Source of the DNA: the human T2T-CHM13v2.0 reference genome, Homo sapiens
Reading direction: 5' to 3' (one strand)
DNA length: 64,000 nucleotides
Assembly (NCBI RefSeq): GCF_009914755.1
Contig: NC_060925.1
The notes under the pieces were generated by a model, which saw only the letters and a list, made by a program, of their open reading frames with translations, had not been told where the DNA came from and searched no databases. This document shows, piece by piece, positions 15,144-29,300 of this stretch (position 1 is its first letter; each line of letters starts with the position of its first letter). The position numbers and the translations under genes are program-made.

Positions 15144-16509
15144 AAAAGTATACTATTCTAAGACTCATACTATACATGAAGTAAAATAATATCACTTAGA
15201 GGTTTACTAAATGAGTTAAAGATGAATGCTATACATTCTAATGCAACCACTAAAATGATTTATAGCTAATAAGACAATAACAGAAATAAAATAGAATCAT
15301 AAAAAATACTCAGTGAACTCAATGGAAGACAAAAAAGGAAACAAGAGAAAATAAATAGAAAATAAATAGCAAGACGATAGCTTTAAACTTAACTATGTCA
15401 GTAGTTAAGATCAATGTAAATGATCTAAGTGCATCAATTTAAAGATAGAGATTGTTATATTCGGTTTAAAAAGCCAGACTTAACCATATGCTGCCTCACT
15501 TCAAATTAAAATGTTCCACAGATAAAGCTCAGATGGTTGCACTGTTAAATTCTAGCAAACATTTTAGGAAAATAATGCTGATTCAATACAAATGTTTTTC
15601 CAGAAAAATTGAAGAAGAAATACTTTAAAACTTATTGCATGAACAAGGCCAGTGATAGATGTTATTATTGCAGCACATATGAGGTATTTATAGATCTACC
15701 TGAGATGATTAGGAAAGCTTTGAATGTTCTTTCAAACCTTGTTGATTGTACATGTCTGTAAGCTGTCAATACAATGCTGTGCCTTGAAATAATGGACAAT
15801 ATCTTTCCTGTTAGTACCGGAGGCAGTAACCAAAGAAATAGCCAGGAAAAAAACAAATTTAAAAATGCATCATGAACAGAATGTCAGCTATGAAGCCATT
15901 AAATATCTATAATTTTAGAATTTTGATGTATTATTCACTGATAAACATTTTAAAGGTTATGGTAGAAACAAAGTAATTTTGCTAGATGGAAATTTTCTAT
16001 ATCATTTCTTTAATGCAAGTTATTCCAATTACCATTTAGCTAATGAACCCTTCAAATTTCATTTGCATAATGGGTGCCAATTTTGACAAGAGGAATTTAT
16101 CCTGCTGTGATAAAAGCATCATTGGACTCACCAATGGAGTGATGATTATTTAGTTTTAAATCAGCATGGACACACCATTGAACAGTCACAATCACTGGCT
16201 TGTCATTCTGGGTCTCCAGAGCTCTCATTTTCTTTCTGGTTATAGGACCTGCACTCAAAACATGATTAACTACATTCAACATTAAGGTTATAACTAGCAA
16301 CGAGGCTTTCATTTGAATGGCTTCTTCAGATCAACTGAATTCTGTGATCTTCAAACTACCCCTTTCTCAAATATGATGTCATTTTTATATGCTATTATCT
16401 GTGTAGTGGGGACTCTCTCAAACCTCTTTCTCTAGCTCCAACTTTGCCCTGAGCTCTAGAGCCATGTATTAAATTGCATACTAGACCTCCTTAGCTGGGT
16501 ATCCTGTAC

Positions 16510-16710
16510 TATGCTATGCTCTGTGCTGAGCACTTTCCATGCATTGTGTCAACCTTATTACATATCATCCTTAAAGGAGATAATATCGTCCTTATTTACA
16601 CATGAGAAAAAAAGAGATTACAAGTAAATTCCCAATTTCACACAGCTGGTAGAAGGAGGATGTAGAATTCAAATCAAATTACTCTGAGTCCTAGGCCATT
16701 TTATACTGTC
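16510..16710 (-). mobile_element. MIR SINE
   Basis: gtgctgagcactttccatgcatt...tttacacatgagaaaa...cacacagctggtagaaggagg. Confidence 0.7.
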
Positions 16711-17589
16711 TTGTACCTTATATTACATCTTGGAATTAATTTGACTTAAAATTGAGCTCCTAGACAAATTTGTGTTGTTTAAAATCATACCTTTAAAAAT
16801 AAAAATAACTTAACCATCCTGTACTCTTTATATTGATAGATAGCACAGCATCCTTTTGGTCAAACAAAAATGTCAGGTTTATTCTCTGCTTTCCTCCAAG
16901 CCAATAGTGGTAAACCATACCAACCTGTTTGCAAAAGCTGTGTCTGGAGATTTTCCTTAAGCAGAATGTATCCTGATTTTTTGGGGAATAAAGCAGTGGT
17001 TTCGTGCAGCAGAATACTGTACAAAATTATTCTAAAACTGATCACTCTCTCGGGCCAGAGCATACTTAACAATTAGTACAGATGCCCACAGTACAACTAT
17101 GGCAATTCAGAATAATTATACAGATACAAAAAATTGACCCAGACCAATTAACTACTTTTCATTATCTTTATGTATCTTGTATATACACAACCAGATTCAG
17201 GTATTTTATAAAACTCATAGGTCTGTGAAATATCACTGAGTTTGATTATTATGATAAGGAGTGAGAGTATAAAACCAAGCTCTTATTTCTTGTCTCTCAT
17301 TAAACTCTATGAAACCTAGTGTCCTCTTGGAATTACTGGGTGGATTAAATGTGATATAACGAAATCAGTGATAACAATGTTTCCCATATAACACAATAAA
17401 GCAGAGGTTCACTATTATTTTCATTGATTTAGATAAGTTAATTCAGAGTACTAACCACTACTGGGTGGAAAATTGCCTTTATTAGAGAACAGAGGGATAG
17501 GTAACATAAGAAAAAAACTACATTTGAAAAAGAATTAGGAACTTACCTAGAAATCAGAGCTCCAGTAGTCAGGGGAGTTTCCGGAATTT

Positions 17590-17892
17590 AACATTTGTTA
17601 AGTACTGATGGTGTGCTAGGAGGAGTATGCAAAATGCTTAATATGTTTTACTACATTTATTCCACAAGGATTTACTTAGTACTTAGAGTCTTGTGCGTTG
17701 TGTTCCAAGCATAATGCTAGTAAAGAAACCTGTGATATCAGTGCTATTTTGTCCTTTTATCCCTTTGTAAATAAATTTAACATTAGAACTTTAAGTCACT
17801 TGCCCAGGATTTCACTTGTGTTAGTTAAAAAATTGAACCTGCATTTATTTGACTCCAAAGTACGTGTTCTCAAATCCTACATAATGCTGTCT
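17590..17892 (-). mobile_element. MIR SINE
   Basis: taagtcacttgcccaggatttcac...tttgactccaaagtacgtgttctc. Confidence 0.7.
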
Positions 17893-17939
17893 TCTATATT
17901 CCTAGAAGTTTTTATTTCCATATAGTAAAATTAGTATAT

Positions 17940-18168
17940 AAAGCATGGTTTATAAAGGAAAAAAGAGATTGGAGTTTAAAATCTGGTTCCATGAATCGTT
18001 AATTTTATGATCATTGACAAGTCTGACGTCATGAGCCTCAGTTTCTTAACCAGTATAATGACTAATAAACTTTCAATTTATCTGGCTTGCAATGAAGATT
18101 ACATGAAGCAGTGTATGCAAAGTGTGTGATATGTTGTCTTATAGTTAAAAAGTATTTATTATATTATT
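17940..18168 (+). mobile_element. MIR SINE
   Basis: MIR core gagcctcagtttcttaaccagtataatg; tail tttattatattatt. An L2 tail follows at ~18180-18280. Confidence 0.75.
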
Positions 18169-19226
18169 TTAGAAGATTGCTCTTCTTTTCACCCTGCATC
18201 TCAGCATTTTGTGTACTGTCTACCATGTTATAGACACTTAAGAAATACCTGTAGAATGAATAATGAATAAATGAGTAAATTATGTATACAGTGCCTCCAA
18301 AGGTTGCAGACCTCTCACAATATGAGTTCCTCACTGAAATAGTCAAGATATACTCCTACATTATCAGTGTCCCTGCTTATCTGCTTGCTTGCTTCTGAAT
18401 GATTTTTGCTGTGAGATAATATCAGTAATGCTTCACCTTGTATTTTAAAAGCATGTATTTTAAAAGCATGCCAGAGGATATAGCTGGAACTGAGTAAGCA
18501 CAAATCATATCCAAACTAGGGCAAGAGAAAATAATCTGTTTATCCAGAATGCAACAACACTGTTACCAGATTAGAATTACCAGAGATGGTTGAGTGCAAT
18601 CTGATTTTATAAAATAGTCCATAGAATAAATATGCCATTTAGAAACTTCCAACGTGTAAAGATGTTTGGAGCTGTACTTAGAGTGAATCTTCTAACTCAG
18701 AGATGAAACACTGTAGCTAGGAATAATAAAAAGAAATATTCAGATAACATACAATTGTTTTAATGCAAATTGGCACAAAATTATGCATGGAGAAATTAAA
18801 AAGCGCTATTACTTTAGGAAATGGGTATTTAAATTTAACTGACATACTATTTGGAAATATTTGTATGTTACTCTTTCTGTAAAAGGTATGAACAAAGCCA
18901 CTGAGACTAACTTTGCATTATGGCCTATGAACCTTATTATAATATCATTTTATATTGCTCACAAAAGCAGATTTTTCAAAACTGAGTAAAATAAAGCAAC
19001 CATTTTTTTTTTTCAGAAAAAAGCATTTAAAACATCTAACTTATGTTATATTGATCCTTTTTCCAGGCTTGACAAGTCGTGGTAGATTAGATTGTTACTG
19101 AAAATACTTATTCCCTCCTTTTCTTGACTTGAATGTACCTGACACTTTAGGCTCTTCCATGTAGCTTTTTTTGGCCAATGAAATTTGCTCAGAAGCAATG
19201 ATATTCCAGTTCTAAGCCTGACATAA

Positions 19227-19390
19227 CAGTGGGGTGGTCAGTAGCAAATAAAAAAGAGTGCCTGGTTAAATTTAAGATTCAGATATGCCACAAATATTTT
19301 TAACATAAGTATATCCCATGCAACGTTAGACACATACTTATGCTAAGATGTATTCTTTCTTATCTGAATTTAAAAATTAACTAAGTATGT
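19227..19390 (+). mobile_element. MER53 palindromic hAT MITE
   Basis: tagcaaataaaa...ggttaaattt..ttcagata...ataagtatatcccatgcaa...catacttatgcta...tatctgaatt...ttaact matches MER53; inverted arms visible. Confidence 0.8.
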
Positions 19391-21331
19391 TCTTTAAAAA
19401 GTACATTAAGTCCACTCTTCTTTGAAGACTTGTTTCTTAGCTATCCTTACACACTATCTGTAGGCAGCCATGGTAACACCTTTTCTGCTCTTACCTTTAT
19501 TATCACACTCACCACATAATATTGTAATCATATGCTTTTGCATTTTTTCCTCTTGCTAAATGTTAAAAGCTGCAGTTGACGTATAGGTAGTCCTTAATAG
19601 ATGTTTATTAAAATTTTTATGAAATGTTATCTTAAGGAAGGGTGATGAAGCCTTTGCTCACATTGAAAATTTCTGGAAATAATAACATCTGTATTCTCTT
19701 TTGCCTGTATCAGAAGTTCACATAATGGTCTCCGCAGTAAGTTTAATTTATTTACAGTATTTCCATTATCTAATATATGACAAAGTATTGTCACTATGTC
19801 AGAATATTAATTAAAAATAATATTGTTTGTAAAGTACATGAAGTATTTCAGTATATGATTAAAGTTATAATTTTTACCATTGTTCAATGATATAATTCTC
19901 CTCAAGAAACATTTTTGTCTTTGAAGAAAACATCAAACTACTTGAATATTTATCTTCATGATCTATGTTTCATTGCCCTTTATAAATAAGATTATAGATT
20001 GGTAGCTAAATGGATGGAGAGAGAACCTGTGGGGGCAGTGCTGGACTTGCCTAATGTTTGGTTCTCTTCAGAGATTTGTTTGAAAGGTCATAGACAAGGT
20101 TACTAAATCTGTACGTTTGTTAAAAAATACCCTATTACTCAAGAAAAAGATTCCATTTTGATTTACTCCTAGTGGAGAGTGATGAATCAATATTTGTTGA
20201 ATTGAATTGAAGTGCATTAAAAATCTGTTTCCTGTAACTCTTTTATCTAGAGCTCCTGAGTTATTTCTCAGGGAAAGAAAAAAAGGTCTAAGTTTGAAAA
20301 TCCCAGTGAATAATAACAATTTTATTTCAAAATGCTTTCTCTATCTTTATTTTCTGTGCTCCCCTTTCCACTGTCCTTAAAAATACTCCTCTAACTTTTA
20401 AAAAATTAATCTCCTGTGTAGAGCATCAGCAAATGGGGCCAACTCACAGATGGAAAGTTAGAATTTGGGCCAGACAGCTAACGTATTCATCCACTGTCTT
20501 CCAGAGTTAGTCAAGTGTGTCCAGCTGGTTTAGCATAGTAGGAGACTTAATACAACATAGCATCATAATCAGTGAATTGAGACTAAATTTTCTTTCAATA
20601 GAAATGAAACTATACAGTCCTGGTGAGTCTTCCACAGACTATGGGGAAAAGCACAAGCCAGTTTAAACTTAAGATTCCTCAGGACCTAACAAAAGGATTT
20701 TCATCATGGCAAGCCAAATATATATTTGCCTGGTACTGAATCTTATATCCCATTTACTATGAAGACATTTCCATCAATAGCTAACAATAGCTACATAGGA
20801 TAGATTTTTAGGGCACTTAGGAATAGATAAACTACAGTGTTCAAATCAAAATATTCTGATAGTGGCTTGAATTCCAGGTTGCCACAAGGTAGAAAGCCTG
20901 GAGCATAAAATTCACAAGTGACATTTTAATAATTTTGCTTTCAACAAGGGCTCATCAATTTGTCACAGAATTTACAGTGAATATCTTAAGCACTATCATC
21001 TAATTATGAGACAAATTCTCCTTCACATCATTCCTACCCAGCAGATATTCTCAGAGAAGTGGAGAAGTCAGACAATTCTAAAGCTAAGTTACATAAGTAA
21101 ACAAAATACTTAGGCTTAAAATATCTAAAGGAGTCCAGAACTTATGTATATAAATTTTTCAACTTTCAAATTTATCTTGTTTGGCTTTTGCCTCTAACAT
21201 TATGATATTTATTAATCTTAACTATTTGGAAACATAATGTATAAGTATAAAAACCTAGAAATGGTCTTAAGATGATGAAGTCAGCAATGATACTATTATT
21301 GTGGTGAATGTTAGAAGGATGTCGTATTCTA

Positions 21332-21890
21332 AAGAGGCAGCATGGGGTACTGAAGAGCATGGACACGAGGATTTAAATACTGGCTTCACTAACTACCAGC
21401 TTTCACTCGTAACATCAACTGTATTTTAAACTGTACTTATTACACTCTGTACAGGAAAATTGTAATAGCATCTACTTCATAGAATTCATATGAGGATTTT
21501 TTTTTTTTTTTTTGAGGCAGGGTTTCACCCTGTCACCCAGGCTTGAGTGCAGTGGCATGATCTTGGCTCACTGCAGCCTCAACCTCCAGGGCTCAAGCGA
21601 TCCTCCCACCTTAGCGTCCTGAGTAGCTAGGACTATAGGCACTCACCACTGTGCCTGGCTAATTTTTAAATATTTATTGTAGAGACAGGGTTTCGCCGTG
21701 TTGCCCAGGCTATTCTTGAACTCCTGGGCTCAAGCAATCCACCTACCTCGGTCATCCTAAAGTACTAGGATTACAGGCATGAGCCACCATGCCCAGACTT
21801 ATAAGGATTATGATATAAGATAAAGCACTTAGAATACTGGCATATAATAAAAACTCAATGAATCATAGACATTATTATTACTATAATTAT
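21332..21890 (+). mobile_element. MIR split by AluJ
   Basis: agaggcagcatgg...taatagcatctacttcatagaatt..tgaggatt [Alu] aggatta...taaagcacttagaatactggcatata. Confidence 0.75.
21498..21798 (-). mobile_element. AluJ
   Basis: J diagnostics gggctcaagcgatcctcccacc and ctcctgggctcaagcaatcc; degenerate TSD TAT(G/A)AGGATT. Confidence 0.92.
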
Positions 21891-21929
21891 TTATCTGAAA
21901 TATTATTACTCAGATCCAGAAAGAAATGT

Positions 21930-22150
21930 ATTTAGATCACAATTTTGTCTCATACTAGCTTTGTAAACTTGAAAAACTTGTTTAGCTCCTTTGACTCAAT
22001 TTATTTCTATGTCATAAAAGGATAATATTGTCTGCCTTATAGATATGCTGTGAGGTTTAAACGAAGCCTTCCTGAGAATTTTAAACTACACTGCAAAGCA
22101 CCCATATAATTTCTGGCATAGCATTCAATAGGCAATAGTAATTGTTATTA
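21930..22150 (+). mobile_element. MIR SINE
   Basis: ctagctttgtaaacttgaaaaacttg...taaaaggataatattgtctgccttatag..gctgtgagg. Confidence 0.55.
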
Positions 22151-22447
22151 TCACCTAATTTTTTCGATGTTAATATTTTAAAGGCAAATATTGGGAAGTT
22201 AAAAAATATATGTTCCAAATCTCTTTCTAAATGTAATTAGGAAGTAAAGACATACAGAGTACACTAGGAAATGAATCATCCAAACATTTAAAATTTTTGA
22301 TAGCTCACAGTAAATCAATTGGACTTTGCCAATATATGAATATTTATTTATATCTAAAAAAAACTACCATGTGTTATTGTACTAATGTATTATATATACA
22401 AACAGACTAAAAGAATGACATAACACATTATTAAAAATGTAAAATCT

Positions 22448-22783
<336 letters not shown>

Positions 22784-23329
22784 TTAACAATATATACGTA
22801 CATTATTCTTTTGGAAAAGCAATGTGATTAAATATGCCTCCTTTATTTTTAATCTTGCTTTAGCATTTTGTGACATAGCAATAAAAAGGTCTAATTTTGG
22901 CTTCTTTTTTAAATTCCTGATTTTTGACTGTCATAACTGAAAAAAAAAAGTAATCCAAATTGTAAAAAGGTGACTGTACTTAAAAAATTACACAAAAATT
23001 TAAGTTTATTTACCAATTATGCAAAGTTTATGTTAAATTTCATCTCATAAAATTTATTCTTCTGTGATTCAATTGATCGTTTATCAACCTAACTGCAAAA
23101 TATTCCATTTTTATATTTTTAAAATAGTATTCAAACCACTTCAAAGATTTTAGGAAGATAAAAAAATGTATGTTTCTGAGATGATATAGACTCCAGATAT
23201 CAATGTTTTTAGGGATGATATACAGCATTTTTGGCAGTAATACCCCTAGGAATGGAAACAATTCTAACCGTCTATTTTTTATCTCTCCACAGTGAGAGTT
23301 TCTTTCAAAATGCGATTATTTTCTAACTT

Positions 23330-26300
23330 GTTTTAAAATTTGTACAAATTTATAGGTACATGTGCAATTTTGTTACATGCATAGACTGTGTACTTGTCAA
23401 GTCAGGGCTTTTAGGATATACATTACCCAAATGATAATAATAATGGTACCCATTGTACACATTAACTAATTTTTCATCATCTACCCCCTTCCCATGTGGT
23501 CTGCCTTCTGAGTCTACATTTTCTGCGCTTCCATTCTCTACGTTCATGAGTATACATTTTTTACCACCCAATGATAAGTGAGAAGATGTGATGTTTGACT
23601 TTCTGTGACTGGTCTGTTTCACTTAAGACAATAACTTTCAGTTCCACTTATATTGCTGCAAAGGACATAATTTCATCCTTTTTTATGGCTGAATAGTGTT
23701 CTGTTGTGTATGTAGTCTACATTTTATTTACTCATTCATCCAGTGATGGATACTTAGGATAATTTTATATCTTTGCTATTATGAATAGTGCTGTGATAAA
23801 CATATGAATGAAGATATCTTTTTGATATATTGATTTCTTTTCTTTTGGATAAATATCTAGTAGTGGGATTGCTGGAATAAATAAATGGTAGTTCTAATTT
23901 TATTTCTTTGGGAAATATCCATACTGTTTTCCATGACACTGTACTAATTTACATTCCAACAATGTGTAAGAGTTTCCTTTTCTCCACCTCCTCAATGACA
24001 TCTGTTATTTTTTGTCCTTTTTATAATAGCCGTTCTGACTCGGGTAAGATAATGTCTCACTGTGGTTTTGATTTGCATTTCCCTAGTGATTAGTGATGTT
24101 GAGCATATTTTTACATACCTGTTGGCCATTTGTATGTCTTCTTTTGAGAAATGTCTGTTCATATCCTTTGCCCATTTTTTGATGAAATCATTTGTTTTCT
24201 TAATGTGGAATTGTTTGAGTTCCTTATATATTCTGGATATTAGTCCACTGTCAGATACATAGTTTGCAAATATTTTCTCCCATTCTTCTGGTTGTCTCTT
24301 TACTCTGTTGATTGTTTCTTTTGCTGTGCAGAAGTTTTGTAGTTCAATTAAGTCTCATTTGTCTATTTTTGTTTTTCATGCCTGTGCTTTTGAGGTCTTA
24401 GTCATAAATTCTTTGTCTGAACCAATGTCCAGAAGAGTTTTCCCTAGGTTTTCTTCTATAATTTTGAGACTTACATTCAAGTTTTTAATCCATCTTGATT
24501 TGAATTTTGTATGTGGTAAGATGGGCTAGTTTTATTATTCTGCATATGACAATTCAGTTTTCCCAGCACCATTTATTGAAAACAGTATATTTTCCCCAAT
24601 GTCTTTTCTTGTTGATTTTGTCAAGGACCAGTTGGCTTTAAATATATAGCTTTGTTTCTAAGCTCTCTATTATGTTCCATTGATCTACATATGAAAAATG
24701 ACATTGGTATTTTGATAAGGATTTCATTGAATCTGTAGATTGGGAAGTATGGTCCTTTTAACAATGTTTATTTTTGTGTTTCATGAGTATGAAACCTTTT
24801 TCCATTTGTTTGTGTCATCTACAATTTCTTTCATCAGTGTTGTAGTTTTTTTGTAGAGATCTTTCACCTCCTTGGTTAAATTTAATCTCAGTTATTTTTG
24901 TTGTTGTTGCTTTGTTAAGTAGAATTTCTTTCTTTATTTCTTGCTGAGTTACATCATTATTGGTGTATAGAAATGCTACTGATTTTTGTGCTTTACCTTT
25001 GTATCCGGCAACTTTACTGAATTAATTTATCACATCTAAGAGGTTTTTGGAGGAGACTAAGTTTTTATAGATATAAGAAAATATCATCAGCAAAGAAGAA
25101 CAGTTTGTCATCTTCTTTTCCAATTTGTATGTCTTTTATTTCTTTTTCTTGCCTGATTGCTCTGGTTAGGACTTCCAGTAATATGTTGAATAGTCATGGT
25201 GAAAGTGGGCATCCTTGTCTTGTTCCAGTTCTTAGGAGAAATACTTGCAACTCTTCCTTGGCTTATATAGCCTTTGTTATTTTGAGATATGTTCCTTCTC
25301 TGCCTGCTATGTTGAGGGTTTTTATCATGAAGGAATGATGAATTTTATCAAATGCTTTTTGTGCGTCTGTTAAGATGATCACATGGTATTTTGCCTTTGA
25401 TTCTGTTTATGTGATGTAGCACATTTATTGATTTGCATATGTAAGCCATTCTTACATCCCTGAGGTAAATACCATTTGATCATGGTGTATTACCTTTTTG
25501 ATGTGCTGTTGGATTCAGTTTGCTGGTATTTTGTTATTAAGTTTTGCATCAATGTTCATCAGGCATATTGGTCTGTAGTTTTGATTTTTGTTGTGTCTTT
25601 ATCTGGTTTTGGTGTCAGGATAATATTGGCCTTGTAGAAAGAGTTAAGAAAAAATTCCTTCTTCAATTTTTGGAGCAGTTTCTGGAGAATTGAAATTAGT
25701 TTTTCTTTGTATATTTGGTAGTACTCATGTGTGATTTTATTGCTCCTGGGATTTTTTTCCTTGGGAGTTTTTTAAAATTATTATTACAGGTTCAATCTTG
25801 CTACTCCTCATTATTGGGCTGTTCAGGTTTTTTATCTCTTCGTGGCTCAATCTTAGTAGATTTTGTGCTCATGAATTTATCGTTTTCTCTAGGTTTTCTA
25901 GTTTGTAAGCATGCAAATATAATAATTTATGATAATCTTTTATATTTCTGTGTTATCAGTTGTAATGTCTCCTTTTTTCATTCTGAACTTGTTTGGATGT
26001 TCTCTCTTCTTATCTTTGTTAGTTTAGCTAGCAGTTTATCAATTTTGTTTTTCTTTCATAGGACCAACTTTTTGTTTCCTCAATTCTTTGTATTATTTTC
26101 TTAGTCTGTATTTCATTTAGTTCTGCTCTGAGCTTTGTTTCTCTTGTCCTGATAAATTGGAATTTTATTTGTTCTTGCTTTTCTAATTTCTTGAGATGCA
26201 TCATTAGATTAATTTGTAGTCTCTCTATTTTTTTGAGGTAGGCATTTAATGATATAAACTTCCTTCTTAACACTGTTTTTGCTGTGTCCTACAAATTTCA

Positions 26301-29300
26301 TTTTATTTTCACTTGTTTCAAAAAAATGTTTGATTCCTGTCTTAATTTCTTCACTGACCCAGTGATCATTCAAGATAATGTTGCTTAATTCACATACTTT
26401 TATGGGTTCCAAAGTTTTTCTTGGTATCGATTTCTAGTTTTGTTCCACTATGGCCTGAGAAGACACTTGATATAATTTTGATTTTTAGAAAATGTGCTGA
26501 GACCTGTTTTGTGGCCTAAACTATAGTCTATTTTGGAGAATGTTCCATGTGCTGTTGAAAAGAATGTATATTCTGCAGTTATTGGGTAGAATATTCTGTA
26601 AATGTCTATAATGTCCATCTTGTCTAAAGTCCAACTTAAATTCAATATTTTTGGCTGATTTTTTTTTGTCTAGATGATATGTCTAATGCTGTGAGTGGGG
26701 TGTTGAAGCCTCCCATTATTACTGTATTTCTATCTCTCTTTTTAGGTCTAGTAATATTTGTTTTATGAATCTGGGTGCTCCACAATTGGGTACATATATA
26801 TTTAGAATTGTGATTTCCTTTTGCCAAACTTATTCCTTTATCATTATATAATTTCCTCTTTTTCTCTTTTACTGTTTTTAAGTCTGTTTTTTTCTGGTAA
26901 AAGTATAGCTCCTGCTTGCTTTTGGTTTCAGTTTGCATGGAGTATCCTTTGTCATTCCCTTACTTTCAGTTGATATGTGTCTTTACAGGTAAGGTGAGTT
27001 TCTTGTAAGGAAAATATAGTTGGGTGGTTTTTTAATCCATTCAGTCAGTCTGTCTTTTTAACTGGAACATCTAATCCATTTGTGTTCAAGGTAAATGTAT
27101 ATATGTAAGGTTTTGTTTCTGTCATATTGTTAATTGTTTTCTAGTTGTGTCATATTTTTTTTTCTTTTTTCTGTTTTTTTCATTGTGGTTGGTAGGATTC
27201 TGTGGTGATGCCATTTGATTCCTTTCTTTTTCTCTATTGTTTAATTGATTCACCAGTGAGTTTGGTACTTTTGTGTGTTTTCATGATGGTAAAAATTGTG
27301 CTTTTGTTTCTACGTTTAGGAATCCCTTAAACTATTTTTGTAGAACTGGTTTACTGGTGACAAATTTCCTTAGCATTTGCTTGTCTGGAAAAGGCTTTAT
27401 TTCTCCTTCATTTATGTAGGTTAATTTTGCTGGATATCAAATTCTTGCCTGCCAGTTTTTTTCTTTCAGCACTTCGAATATGGTATCCCATTTTCTCCTG
27501 GCCTGTAAGACTTCTTCTGAAAAATCTACTGTTAGTCTGATGAGATTTCCTGTACTTGTAACTAGTTGGTTTTCCTGTGATGTTTTCAGAATTTTCTCTT
27601 ACATTTTGCCTTTAGACAGTCTGATTATAATGTGACGTGGCAAAATCCTTTATGCATTGTATTTTCCTGGAGATTGTTGAGCCTTCTGTATTTAGATGCC
27701 TAGATCTCTTGCTCGATTTGGGAAGTTTTCATCTGTTATGTCATTAAATAAGTTTAAACCTTTCAATGTCTTTTCAATCTCAGAGATACAAATAATCCAT
27801 ACATTTGGTCACTCTATATTGTCCCAAACATCTCAAATGCTTTATTTATTATTTTAATTCTTTCTTCTTTGTTTTTATCTAATTGAATTATTTCAAAAGA
27901 CCTGTATTCAAGTTCTGAAATTCTTCCTTCTGTTTGTTTGCTCTAGCCTATTGTTGAAGCTTTTGAATATGTTTTGTGTTTCCTTCAATAAAATCTTTAG
28001 TTATAGGATTTCTGACTTTTTTGTCTTGTTTTATTTTTATTTTATTTTTTAAGATATCTATATCCTTCATGAATTTCTCATTCATATTCTGAATTATTTT
28101 TCTGAGCTTTTTATATTGGTTTTCAGATTTATCTTGCATCTCATTTAGCTTCTTTCAAAATCAATTTTTAAATACTTTAGGATTTAGATAATTTCTTTTG
28201 GGTTAATATTTATTGCTTGAGAATTATTGTGGTTCTCTGAGGGTGCTATGTTACCTCACTTTTTTATGTTTCCCATGTCTTTAACTAGATTTCTGCACAT
28301 CTGTTGTAAATATTGCTGCTGCTTCTTTTAAAATATCCTTTCACTGTAGTGAAAGCTTTTTCCTGCAGATGCTACTATAATGTTGTTAGGTAGGCTACTA
28401 TAATGTTGGTTAGGTAGGCTTCTATTCTGTGTGCATGTAGTAGTGAAGTTTCTGTATGATTTCTTTGACTATAAACAGCATTATTGGTATCTGTATTTTC
28501 TTCAGTGTGTTAGAGTGCAGTTATTTGTGGAGGCTGTAGTGAAGTTGTGCTGGGGATTGGTATGCCAGAAAGGCTAATTCTTGTGCCTCTGGGTGGCTTT
28601 CTCAAATGTGAGTTGTAGTAGCAGTGTACCAGGTGGATGAGCAGGATCTCAAGCCCCTGGGTGGCTGGCATAGTATGGCAATAATGGTAGTGGTGTTGAG
28701 AGGCTTTCCTTGGTTTCCAATGCTATGTGCCTGGCAGTGGTTGCAATGGGTTTTGCAGGCTGGCCTCCAGACCAGCAGGTAGTGCTTGCAGGTAGGAGGC
28801 AGCAGAGGTCATAGTGGTAGGATGTTTATGCTCAACGCTAGTACCCTGGAAGGAGTGTTCAGGTGTTTCATGTGGTGAATTCGGTTGTGCATCCTCCAGG
28901 ACTCTGGATCTCACACTCTGTTTTCTGTTCCATATGGGGGTGAAGCTGGGTAGAATCTGACTGAGCAAGCTTGCACTCAGGTCCCCAGTGGCAAGTGCAT
29001 GCACCATCCATGACAGGTAGGGGTATGGTGGTCTAAGGCTTGTGATAGAATGCTTGGGTGAGAGGCAGATGCCACTGCACTTACATTCTCCCATAGTAGG
29101 TGAGGTCAGGCCCAGAAGCCACAGCCTTTACTGGCAGATAGGGGACTTACATCCTTCTCATGCCTCAGTCCCAGCAGGGCTTGCTTCCCAGTCCTGACTG
29201 TCACAGCTGACCTAGCTGTTCCTTCAGACCCAGCAATTCACTCCTAGCCCACAACTCATAGGATTGCCATAGGATCCCTCCCCCAACCCAAGGCTAAGCC

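Noticed and set aside
18439-18470. 15-bp tandem duplication (TGTATTTTAAAAGCA)x2
   Set aside because: Ordinary slippage duplication with no further structure.
25715-26938. L1 ORF2 endonuclease-like peptides as a functional gene
   Set aside because: They are fragmented by many stops and frameshifts and belong to the dead L1MA1.
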